The notes under the pieces: generated by a model
Databases searched by the model: none
Seen by the model: only the letters and a program-made list of their open reading frames with translations
What the model was told of the DNA's origin: nothing
Translations under genes and position numbers: made by a program
Assembly: GCA_950097015.1 (NCBI GenBank)
Contig: CATNEN010000038.1
Span: forward strand, 8,866,001 to 8,930,000
Origin: Macrostomum hystrix
Lineage: Eukaryota > Animalia > Platyhelminthes
Direction: 5' to 3'
Length of the DNA: 64,000 bases
Part shown: positions 12,501-22,564 of the stretch, piece by piece
How positions within the stretch are numbered: position 1 is the stretch's first letter
Layout of the letters: every line of letters begins with the position of its first letter

Positions 12501-15500
12501 CGCAGCGGATGTCGCCTGCTCGGTGGCCGTGTCTGTCCGCCTGCCCCGTCTCGGCCAGTTGCCGGCGCTGTGCTGGTCTGGCTTTGGCTGGCTGCAACAA
12601 GTCGACCTAGACGATGACGATGCGTTCGCCAACCGACTGAGGCAACTGGCTGACAGTCGGGCTGATCAGCTACTCATTGACTGCTTGGGCGCTAATCAAT
12701 TCGAGCTGGAGCATCTTAAGGTGTGTTTAATTGTTGCCTTTGGAAGGGCCGTTTTTGGTTTATATCTCGGCTCACTAAACTAATAGACCAACTTGAGAAT
12801 TTAAGAAATAGCACTGGAAGGAACTGACTGTTGTTGGTACTTGTGTATCAATTTGCAGCAGTCAATCTCACCCAGTGAGAGATATTTTTTTGCATTTTTC
12901 TCATCGTTAGCCAGTGTACCCATCAAGGGCATTAATTGCACGACAAGCCTTCTCTCTCCACAGTTGCGCTGTAAATCAATCTAAGCCTCGTGCCTGAAGC
13001 GTTAAATTTTATTCTCGCTACCAGCAGTAGGGTTAAATGAAAATTATGTTAAAAACATTCCATTCTATTCTCGCTACTAGCAGTAGGGTTAAATGAAAAT
13101 TATGTTTAAAATGTTTTATTCTATTCTCGCTACTAGCAGTAGAATTAAGTGAAAATCGTGTAGAAAAATTCCATTATATTTTTGCTACTAGCAGTAGAAT
13201 TAAGTAAAAATCGTGTAGAAAAATTCCATTATATTTTTGCTACTAGCAGTAGAATTAAGTGAAAATCGTGTGGAAAATTTCATTATATTTTTGCTACTAG
13301 CAGTAGAATTAAGTGAAAATCGTGAAGAAAAATTCCATTATATTTTTGCTACTAGCAGTAGAGTTGAATGAAAATCGTATTCAAAAACATTCTTCTAACA
13401 GACACGAAGCTACGAATTCACCGGACCGCGCATTGAATTCGCGGCAGCCGGGTCTCATCGGCTACTCCTAGCAGCCACAGTCGGCATCGACAGCAGCGAC
13501 AGTGTTCTGTCGGCTGCTGCGGCCACAGGTTTCCCGCCCGACTGGCTGCGCAGTCAGCTGTCGGTGCTGCAGCGGCACTCGTGTCTGCTTTTGGCTGGAC
13601 CGATGCACTGCTGCAAGAGGCACCTGGCCGGCCACCTGGCCGAGGCTGTGCAGCGCGAGGCTCGAACCAGCGGCGCTTCAGTCAGGCTGCTCAGCCACGA
13701 CTGCCTGGACTGGGAGGCATTCGACGGCTGGCTGGCTGGCGCGGGACTGGCTAGCCTAGACTCCATGGATGACGATGATGACGTGGAATCTGACGAACCG
13801 GAGGTCGATGAGATCTCAACGGACTCTAGCGAGATCGGTCTAGCTAATATCGACGGGTAGGGATTGGCAAAGTATAATCTAGTCCTAACATTTTCCTAGA
13901 AATCTTGACTATTTTCCACGAATTACTTACTAATTTCTTATAAACACTAACTAGTTTCTTTAACTCCATGACATTCATATCTAAAATCCTGACTCATTTC
14001 TCTGAAATACAGGCATATTATTTTAAAGCTGCGTCACTTATTAAAATCTTAAAAATCTTAAAATCTCTTTTGGTACAAGTAAAACTGCAAACTCTATTTT
14101 TAAAGTGTGAACTTTTTTGGGGTCCTAGTCGTCTTTATAGCAATCTTAACTTGTTTAAATTCATATAAATTAATTTTTCACACATTCTGATTCATTTCCT
14201 AGAAATAATAGTCGTTCTCGGAGACATTGTTAATTTTCTCTTAAAAGTCCAGATTAATTTCATAGTAAGTCCATACCTAAAAAATCAAGTCTTACTTAAA
14301 ACAAATCAAGATTTCTCCGTTGTCTCCTCTCATCCCGGAATATTTCTTAGAAATACCAGAGTGCTTTTTGAGTTCTCTGCTATTCAAAGCAATTTGTCTC
14401 TTTTGTGTCCAGTCAATCGGCAGCGCAGCAGCAGCCACAGATTATTCTACTGCTGCTGAACCGTCTGGAGTTCGTGCTGGACAGCCCGGCACTCGCCAAC
14501 CTGCTTCTGCACTGTCGTCGTCAGAATAGTTGTCGTCGAATCCGGCAGCCCGGCAGCGGCGGCGGCAGTCGATGTCGCCTGATGCTGATTGGCTGCCTGG
14601 GAGCCAATGATTTTAGCGGAGTGCCGCAGTCGCTTCTGCAGGACGCTGTGCCGCACGCCAGTTGGTAATTTTTTTGTTTTAATGAACTTCCGCCACAATA
14701 GTATTTCCGGTGTTGCCGCCATCCGTAGCACCTCTCGTGAGTGCATGCAGGGCCCAAAAGAGCCCTTTTAGTAGGCCTTATCCAGGTAGTCCACACAAGG
14801 GCTAAAATATTATAATTTATTAATAAAGTTTAAAGTTCGAACTTTCAAAGTTTGATTTGAAAATGGAGAAGCTGAGCGTTAAGACTCATGGGATTCAAAT
14901 TGTAGGTTCATTGGGATATGATAAGCAGTCTCGGGGTCGGTGGCAGAGCGGTTAACGCCTTTGCCTCTCTCGCACCAAGGTCCCTGAGTTCGATTCCGCG
15001 GCGAGGCCGCATTCATTTGGGGCGCAGCCGCGGAGAGAAGGCTTGGGGGCTTGTCGTGCAATTTACGCCTTTGAGGGCCAGCTTTTAAGGCTGACATTGA
15101 AGGTGTACACTGCCTGACGATGAGAAAGTCAGGGGCAGATGTACACACCTGTGTGAGCGTATGCCTGCGTACGGTATCCGTGTGCGTGTGTGCTCAGGAG
15201 GACGGGCAGAATTGCCTCCTCGCCGGCTGCGGGTCTAGTGCTGCCATTGCCCGCAGCCCTCTTGCAATTATTATTATTATTGATAAGCAGGCTCACAACC
15301 GCCCTGCCTTCTCCGTCTGTCTCATCAAAGCTGGTCGCTACTGTCAGTGCTGGAGTCTCCGTTGACTGGCCTGCCGGCTCGCAGCCTGAGCCTTCGGTGG
15401 CGCCAAATGCTGGCTGAGTCGGCTGCTGACGACGGCAAAGTCGGCGAACTACCTCCGCTGCTGCGCTGGATCGCCAGCCTGCCCGAGCGCTGCAATCGCT

Positions 15501-17263
15501 GCCTGATGACGCTGATGAGGAAGGCGGACTCTTCGATGTCACCTCCCGCGCTGGCGCAGCCTGACTGCCCCATCGGGCCCTCTCTGTTCCTCGGCTGCCC
15601 CCTGGCGCTGCAAGCTTCAATCCTGGAGGCTCAGGTAGATAATAGCAGAGAGGTCCCAAGTTCGAATCGGCTTGAAGAATTATACCTCAGCCATGAAGGA
15701 TTGTGAATTTCTATTTCCAACGCAGGTCCCGGTCTGGTTGGCTAGCCTGTGGAACAGCCGCCTGGTGAACATCGCTGCCAGGAGCCTGACGGCCTCGCCG
15801 ACTGGCCTCATCGCCGACTTCATTCAGTGCGCCATCGCGACCGACTGCCCGCTGCCGGGGACGCTGCTGAACAATTTCCTGTCCAGCCTAATTGGCTACC
15901 ACACTGTACAACCGGATTCACTGGGATTGCAACCAGATCAACTGGGATTGCAACCTGATCAACTGGTATTGCAACCCGATCAACTGAAATTGCAACCCGA
16001 TCAACTGGGATTGCAACCCGATCAACTGGGATTGCAACCGGATTCACTGGGATTGCAACCAGATCAACTGAAATTGCAACCCGATCAACTGGGATTGCAA
16101 CCCGATCAACTGGGATTGCAACCCGATCAACTGGGATTGCAACCTGATCAACTGGGATTGCAACCTGATCAACTGGGATTGCAACATGTTGACGTACAAC
16201 AGCAAATAGAAAATTCGCCCAGATCAGCCGAGGATGACGAGGTCGGCCAGCTGAACTTCTGCCGCGGTAGCAGGAAGCGACCTGGCGCTCCACCGCCTCT
16301 GCCGCAGGTGTTTTTTAACGACAACTGGTCGGCTGATTTTCGTTTGGCTGGCGTCACCGTCGCGCCGCGGTCAAAGCGCAGCCTGTCGGACCATGCCGAG
16401 GGCCCGGGACAGGCCAGCCAGACTCAGCTAGTTACCGAGGTTAGCGAAGGTCTGGAAACCCTGCGCCAGTTGTCTCAACAGCTGCTGGGTGATCACACCT
16501 CCGGGCGCATCGGCGGAGCGCAGGTCAGATTGAAGACGGAGACTAGAGTATAGTTTGCTATGATTTAATTATAATCATAAATTCTATCTTTATAGTTAAA
16601 CCATTTTTCTGATGGTTCTCCTGACTCATTAATAATAATTGCAGGAGGGCTGCACGCAATGGCTTATAATTTGGTGACACTAGACCCGCAGCCAGCGAGT
16701 AGGCAATTCTGCCCATTTCGCTGACTCCTGTGCACACGGATACCGTACGCAGGCATACGCTCACACAGGTGTGTACATCTGCCCTGACTTTCTCATCGTC
16801 AGGCAGTGTACACCTTCACTGTCAGCCTTGGAGGCCGGCCCTCAAAGGCGTAAATTGCACGACAAGCCCCCAAGCCTTCTCTCCGCGGCTGCGCCCCAAA
16901 TGAATGTGGCCTCGCCGCGGAATCGAGCTCAGGGACCTTGGCGCGAGAGAGGCAAACGCGTTAAATGCTCTGCCACTAACTCCCACTCAATTCCTGGCTT
17001 ACTTACTAAACATTTTTTAGTCTCTGTTCCGTCGACGCAATCTCGGCTTCTCGTCTGAGTCGTCGTCGCCCAACTCTGCGTCCTCGCCTTTGCCATCCTC
17101 GCCGTCGCCGGGCTCCGGTCAGCTCTACCAGTCGGCGCCCGGCTCATTCCTGTCCCCGGCGCTGGCCAACCGACGCAGGCAGCTGTTTGGCGGTGTCGGC
17201 GGCGGCAGCGGGTCTACGGCAACTGCCAGTCTGCGACGTCATCGACATCAGAGCTACAACTGA
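6521..17263 (+). CDS. CTTNBP2: Cortactin-binding protein 2 (CTTNBP2) homolog: N-terminal CortBP2 coiled coil plus C-terminal degenerate AAA-like region
   Basis: Phase-consistent exons 6521-7207, 7742-8241, 11645-11720, 12491-12720, 13402-13856, 14413-14664, 15331-15634, 15726-16523 and 17021-17263 (TGA). CortBP2 motifs: ELLKYLACLEGELAARD, DPYAALQRD, AAEGDDVLAGLEKERERL. C-terminal CTTNBP2-like motifs: LLAGPMHCCKRHLAGHLA, IGPSLFLGCP, WLASLWN, DCPLP. Start ATG uncertain (6521 or 6578). Confidence 0.85.
7360..7662. repeat. 27-bp intronic minisatellite (ATCAGATGTGTCATTTCCTAGAATGCT), about 11 copies
   Basis: Direct reading; lies in CTTNBP2 intron 1. Confidence 0.9.
9578..10200 (+). mobile_element. 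Dispersed ~600-bp repeat family C (probable TIR-bearing non-autonomous element)
   Basis: Shares long blocks (CCGTCTAGATA..GGTAGGTGACCAC, GGCAAGGCCGCACTGAGGCGC, CCTTCGGCCAGAAAC) with 37700-38025(-), 38045-38535(+) and 39475-40070(+). Starts TTTTATACCAAGGGG; the 38045 copy ends CCCCTTGGTATAAAAA. Confidence 0.7.
11075..11305 (-). mobile_element. SINE family B copy (internally deleted)
   Basis: Reverse complement of parts of 14935-15282. Confidence 0.75.
11860..12310. repeat. Degenerate ~20-bp minisatellite (GGATTCCCCTAAGGACAC-like)
   Basis: Recurrent ggattcccctaa motif. Confidence 0.65.
13010..13375. repeat. ~55-bp minisatellite (CTACTAGCAGTAGAATTAAGTGAAAATCG...), about 7 copies
   Basis: Direct reading. 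Confidence 0.85.
14935..15282 (+). mobile_element. tRNA-derived SINE family B, near full length, (ATT)n tail
   Basis: A box TGGCAGAGCGG, B box GTTCGATTC, internal hairpin GTGTACACTGCCTGAC-GATGAGAAA-GTCAGGGGCAGATGTACAC, and tail ATTATTATT. About 10 copies or fragments in the window. Confidence 0.85.
15908..16186 (+). repeat. 21-bp tandem repeat inside a coding exon, (QPDQLGL) x ~13
   Basis: CAACCCGATCAACTGGGATTG units in frame within ORF 15672..16553. Confidence 0.85.
16630..16980 (-). mobile_element. SINE family B, near full length
   Basis: Reverse complement of the 14935-15282 copy. Confidence 0.85.
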
Positions 17264-17980
17264 GCACAGATGCTCAGGTGTGAAAATGCTTCCGGAATTT
17301 AAGACTATGATTGACGACTTATCGGGTGAGTGCCGGATCGTTTCCGAACATGGTGAGGTATTAGGTAACCATCTTTAGATTGTCAGGCGAACATATTTAG
17401 ATTGTCAAATAAATGTTCCGGTAGATCTGACGTACTCAGGTTATTAAATGTTCCTGTGTGTAATTTTGTTTGGGAAAAAAACTAATTTTATGCAGATAAA
17501 TGTTTATTGCAATTTGTCATTTATCTCGGATTTAATTGCGTTGTTTAGGCACGAGATATTTTATATTTATCTCATTGTTGAAAATTTCTACTTAGCTAAT
17601 TAGTATATTTAGAAATATATTATTTGTTTATTTTCTGTCATATTTTCACTGCGTTTTCATGCAGACATATTAGCGCCATTGTTTTCTATTCGCTAAGTTT
17701 TTCGATACTGCTGCGATACTGTTGGTTGCTATTGCAAAAATATAAAATAACTAATAAAGCGTCTTATAGATTTCTTCTTTTTATTAGATTGTTCCTTCTT
17801 CTAATTTTTTTTCTTTAAAGTTTGAAAAAGTGTCTGTCGGTTTAGTGTGTAATTTTACTTGGCATAATTACCTTCAAAACTTTAAAAGTAAAAGGAATTT
17901 CTTTGTATAAATACCCATGCACTTTGGATTTTGCACAAGCGCATTTGCAGATATTTGAGTTCGAGTTCGAGAAATTCGAT

Positions 17981-18260
17981 TTCTAAAAATATACTCCAAC
18001 TGACTGTCCCTATAATGTTAACCCCAAAAAAATCACGCAATCACTTCGTGCTAGTTGACCATGGCTTCTAAAAATAGACTCCAACTGACTGTCCCTAAAC
18101 GGTAATCCCAAGAATAACCACGCAATCACTTCGTGCTAGTTGACCTTGGATTCAAAAAATTGACTCTAACTGACTGTCCCTATAACGGTAACCCCAAGAA
18201 AAATCACACAATCAACTCGTGCTAGTTGACCTTGACTTCTAAAAATAGACCAAACTGAAC
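17981..18260. repeat. ~85-bp tandem repeat, about 3.3 copies
   Basis: CTCCAACTGACTGTCCCTA...CAATCACTTCGTGCTAGTTGACC repeated. Confidence 0.85.
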
Positions 18261-18488
18261 TATCTCAATCCTTGGGAAGTTTTACTTTGTGTGTAGGTGA
18301 AAAACGCGTTTGCCTCTCGCTTTATGGTCCTTAATCTCAATCCCGCTTTATAGAGGTTGTGAAATTCTGTGCACGAGTTTTCGACGTCAAAATAAGGCTT
18401 TATGAAATTTGGTGCTAATGGAAGCTTAGGTGTTAGGACGTTGTAAAAATTGGAGTTTGTGAAACGGCCGCGATAGCGTTACGCCAGA

Positions 18489-18680
18489 GGTTGTAGCCGA
18501 GTGGTTAGAGCATCGGAGCGTCGCGACTTAAGGGTTGGGGTTCGATTCCAAAATCAACTGAAACAAATGGTGTTCTAAACTCTGCATTGCTTTAGTTCAC
18601 AGCTGTTAAATAAATACCAGAATTCGCTGGGTAGTTGAGGGTGGGAGTGGCGCGTGTACCCTAGTCCATGGACTGAACTT
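18489..18680 (+). mobile_element. CORE-type SINE family A copy
   Basis: GTAGCCGAGTGGTTAGAGC...GGTTCGATTCC head; ...CAGCTGTTAAAT...CCATGGACTGAAC tail. Confidence 0.75.
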
Positions 18681-18800
18681 CGAGCTTCAATCATTAGCTT
18701 TCTATTACTGTTTTCATTTCTTCAGCCATCGAGTCGCAGTTGAATCTCTCTGGCAGCAGCAGCGCACAAAGCAAAAGCAGAGAGCACAGAAGCAGCAGCA

Positions 18801-19505
18801 ATGGCAGGCTACAGCAGGGGCGCCCCGGTGCCCGGCAACTCGGAGGAGGATTTGTCTTCGCAGTCGTCTGCGCCGAATCCTGCTGTGCGAGAGAGCATGA
18901 TGCTGCAGTACCTCATGCAGCCGGTCATTGCCAGCTTGGAGCCAATGTCTGCCGCACATGCCACCACGCTGCGCCAGGCCTTCAACCGGGTGGAGCAACA
19001 CAATCCTGGCTTCTGCTGCGCCTTCGTTGAGAACCTGCTCAAACAGGGCGACTTGGACGTCAATGTGGACATCAACCTTCACGAGACCCTGCTGAGGCTG
19101 GCCTACGAGGAGGAGCGTCAGAGCCCTGCCGCTGGGCCCTACAATCCAACCGCCAACCCGCACCTGCTTCAGCTGGAGCAGCGGGCCAAGATGCTAAAGG
19201 AGATACTCAGCGGCATTCCGCAGCTGATCGGAGATCGCAAACGATTCCTCGAGGCCATCAAGGACATCGCCAATGCCATCAAGGAGATGCTGGACACAGT
19301 CAGCCTGGTAGCAGCTTCCATTGGCAATTCGCAGCGAAAGCTGGCATTGGACCAGCAGAAGAAGGACTTCATTAAGTATTCAAAGACATTCTCCAATAAG
19401 TTAAAGACCTTCTTCAAGGACAACTCCAAGACCGACGTGTACATCAGCGCAAACCAGCTCATCTACCAGACCAACCTCATTCTGAAGGCTGTTCGCGACT
19501 ACTAA
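18801..19505 (+). CDS. PDCD10: Programmed cell death protein 10 / CCM3
   Basis: Single 234-aa ORF with the CCM3 dimerisation domain (TLRQAFNRVEQHNPGF, INLHETLLRLA) and FAT-like domain (LKEILSGIP..IGDRKRFLEAIKDIANAIKEMLDTV; KKDFIKYSKTFS.KLK.FFKD; SANQLIYQTNLIL). Confidence 0.95.
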   Translation: MAGYSRGAPVPGNSEEDLSSQSSAPNPAVRESMMLQYLMQPVIASLEPMSAAHATTLRQAFNRVEQHNPGFCCAFVENLLKQGDLDVNVDINLHETLLRLAYEEERQSPAAGPYNPTANPHLLQLEQRAKMLKEILSGIPQLIGDRKRFLEAIKDIANAIKEMLDTVSLVAASIGNSQRKLALDQQKKDFIKYSKTFSNKLKTFFKDNSKTDVYISANQLIYQTNLILKAVRDY

Positions 19506-19722
19506 CACTTGTCTTCTAGTTTCCTTTGTTAAATCATTTTAACATTTAAATTCGAGAAAGTACACACACTCCCAAATTATAAAATCTACATTATGGAGCG
19601 AATGTTGCTTTCAGTGAAAAGTTTTATTCTACGGTAACAATTGATGCGAGGGCGAGGCTTTAAGTCTAAGACCTAGTATAAATACGAGCTCGTACGAGCT
19701 GAGACTCAAGGAAAGCATCGCA

Positions 19723-19979
19723 AGGACTACTAGAAGAAGGACGGGACACTTCTGTTTCTTGGAAAATTTATTAAAGGCAGTTTTTTTACGCAAAAATTCA
19801 CTAGCGTGAATGTGAATTCACGGTTTTCACATTAAATTTTTGATTACTTTTTATTGGAAGCAGATCCAGTGCTGTTCTTTTAATATATGTTGCACTATCT
19901 CGCTAGTGCATTTGTCCGTGAAAATCGGCATTTAATAAATTTTCCAAGAAACGAAGTGTCCCGTCCTTCTAGTGGTCCT
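19723..19979. mobile_element. MITE with ~50-bp terminal inverted repeats
   Basis: AGGAC.ACTAGAAG..GGACGGGACACTTC.GTTTCTTGGAAAATTTATTAA at the left end and its reverse complement at the right end. Confidence 0.75.
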
Positions 19980-20309
19980 GGGGGTGCATCGCTCGTGCAT
20001 CATTCAGTTTCAATCTTTATGTCCAACTTTTCACCATTTTTTAAAGCTCAAATGGGAATTCGAAGTTAAAAAATTATTTCGCAAACGAAACTAAAGCGTT
20101 TCATTCATTGATATGTATTTTTTATCGCTATTATGCCTGCCAAATATTAAATGTAGGATTTTACTTATTTCAGTAATGGCCCGTATGGGCATGAGTACCG
20201 ATTACAAACCTGTCTATGGCTAAACTGCCTGGTTCTATTGCCTGGCCTTCAAAATTTTCATATGGGGCTGGCTGTGGGCACTGGTGTATCATGGTCGACC
20301 CCTCTATGG

Positions 20310-21266
20310 CAGGGGTCGGCAAACTCCGGCCCGCGGGCCAGATGCGGCCCTCAAAGCTCCCAAACCCGGCCCGTTGCCCCTTCCGACACCTATTGTATAC
20401 AGTTTCATCTTTCCCCTGCCTCATCTCTCCCGTGTGTCGCCTTTCCCCTGTCTCATCTCTCCCGTGTGTCACCTCTCCCGTGTCTTATCTCTCCCGTGTG
20501 TCACCTCTCCCGTGTCTTATCTCTCCATTGTCTCGTCTCTCCTTTGTCTCGTCTCCCCCGTGTCTCATCTCTCCATTGTCTCGTCTCTCCCGTGCCTTGT
20601 CTCTCCTTTGTCTCACCTCTCCTGTGTCTTATCTCTCCCGTGTCTTATCTCTCCATTGTCTCGTCTCTCCATTGTCTCACCTCTCCTGTGTCTTATCTCT
20701 CCCGTGTCTTATCTCTCCATTGTCTCGTCTCTCCTTTGTCTCACCTCTCCTGTGTCTTATCTCTCCCGTGTCTTATCTCTCCATTGTCTCGTCTCTCCTT
20801 TGTCTCGTCTCCCCCGTGTCTCATCTCTCCATTGTCTCGTCTCTCCCGTGTCTTATCTCTCCATTGTCTCGTCTCTCCCGTGTCTTGTCTCTCCTTTGTC
20901 TCACCTCTCCTGTGTCTTATCTCTCCCGTGTCTCATCTCTCCCGTATGTCATCTCTCCCATGTCTCGTCTCTCCCGTATGTCATCTCTCCCATGTCTCAT
21001 CTCTCCCGTATGTCATCTCTCCCATGTCTCGTCTCTCCCGTGTCTCATCTATCCAGTGTCTCATCTCGCCATTGTCTCGTCTCTCCCGTACCTTATCTCT
21101 CCTTTGTCTCATCTCTCGTGTCTCATCTCTTCTCTCTCTCATCTCTCCTGTTTCTCATCTCTCCCCTATCTCTGATATATTTCTCTTAGATTTCTACAGT
21201 CTGCGCGGCCCGCTGTCGTCTTTTAGGTTCTCTTGGCCCGCTAGCTAATAAGTTTGCCGACCCCTG
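20310..21266 (+). mobile_element. hAT (Charlie/Buster-type) MITE with expanded internal TC-rich satellite
   Basis: TIR CAGGGGTCGGCAAACT / AGTTTGCCGACCCCTG; 8-bp TSD CTCTATGG at 20302-20309 and 21267-21274. Confidence 0.92.
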
Positions 21267-21948
21267 CTCTATGGCATCTAAGTTGATTCTAGGTTTCGGC
21301 CATAGACTATTGATAAGTTAGTTTATAGGGTTCTAAATAGAGATTGTTTAGAATATTATTGTTTCAATATTCTAATTTTATTTTTTTTATTGTGCCAGGC
21401 TGAAAGTGGTTCTCGCCCACTGTTAAAAAATAATGTTTAGCAATTGTTAATCATGGAATCATGATAATTGTCCCTGACTTTAAGAATGCTATTAAATTCA
21501 CTTGAGTATAAAGAGCTCATTTCTTTAATGAGTTTATTATGCATCGCCTTTTTCACTCATTTGTCGTATGATAAATGTGCTGTTTTTCAATCAGATTTAT
21601 TGCTAAAACTACTACTAATACTACTACTGCTGCTATAGTGCGAGTAGGCACATGCGCACATCGGAGATAAATTCTATGATTTGACGCAAATTCCGTAATC
21701 CGTATAATTTGCGTGCGCGCGCGTAGATAGTATTTATCAAATCAGTTTTCTCTGCTCTGTGTACTTTGTGTAACTTATATTAAATGGATTTTAAACCACG
21801 TTATGAGTTTAATAAATTTGGTTGTTTCTTAATTTTGCTAATAAATTTTCAAACGCAATGCCATTGCCTGGTCTGCTTTATCTAGATTTAAAGTTGCAGT
21901 TTTAACTGACAAGCCCATTAGTCAGGACATTAATCCTAACCTGTAGAG

Positions 21949-22483
21949 CAGGGGTCGGCAAACTCCGGCCCGCGGGCCAGATGCGGCCCTCGAAGCTCCC
22001 GAATCCGGCCCGTTGCCCCTTCTGACATCTACAGTGTCCTGTTTCATCTCTCTCGTGTCTAATCTCTCCCGTGTCTAATCTCTCCTGTGTCTCATCTCTC
22101 CCGTGTCTAATCTCTCTCGTGTCTAATCTCTCCCGTGTCTAATCTCTCCTGTGTCTCATCTCTCCCGTGTCTAATCTCTCCTGTGTCTAATCTCTCCCGT
22201 GTCTAATCTCTCCCCTGTCTTATCTCTCCCGTGTCTCGTCGTGTCTCATCGCTCTCGTGTCTAATCTCTCCCGTGTCTCATCGCTCTCGTGTCTTATCTC
22301 TCCCGTGTCTCATCGTGTCTCATCGCTCTCGTGTCTAATCTCTCCCCTGTCTTATCTCTCCCGTGTCTAATCTCTCCCGTGTCTCATCTCTCCCCTATCT
22401 CATATTCATACAGTCAATGCGGCCCGCTGTCGTCTTTTAGGTTCTCTCTTTGGCCCGCCAGCAAATAAGTTTGCCTACCCCTG
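21949..22483 (+). mobile_element. hAT MITE, same family
   Basis: Same TIRs; 8-bp TSD CTGTAGAG. Confidence 0.92.
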
Positions 22484-22564
22484 CTGTAGAGCATTATACA
22501 TAGACCTATACCTTGACAGATTGGTAATCCATCAGCCATTTATTCCATTATTTCGCTTCAGGCA

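Noticed and set aside
15112-15135. CTGACGA...GAAA resembling a hammerhead ribozyme core
   Set aside because: Only 3 nt separate the two motifs (no stem II), and the bases are sequestered in a simple hairpin.
15291-15417. Alternative CTTNBP2 acceptor at 15290
   Set aside because: It leads to a stop at 15417; the acceptor at 15330 preserves the conserved frame.
20216-21248. Long overlapping ORFs of 300+ aa (similar ORFs at 7413-7692, 25767, 29353, 30566-31205, 52344 5' part, 60538-62645)
   Set aside because: They are translations of tandem repeats lacking stop codons, inside MITEs or introns, with no protein-like content.
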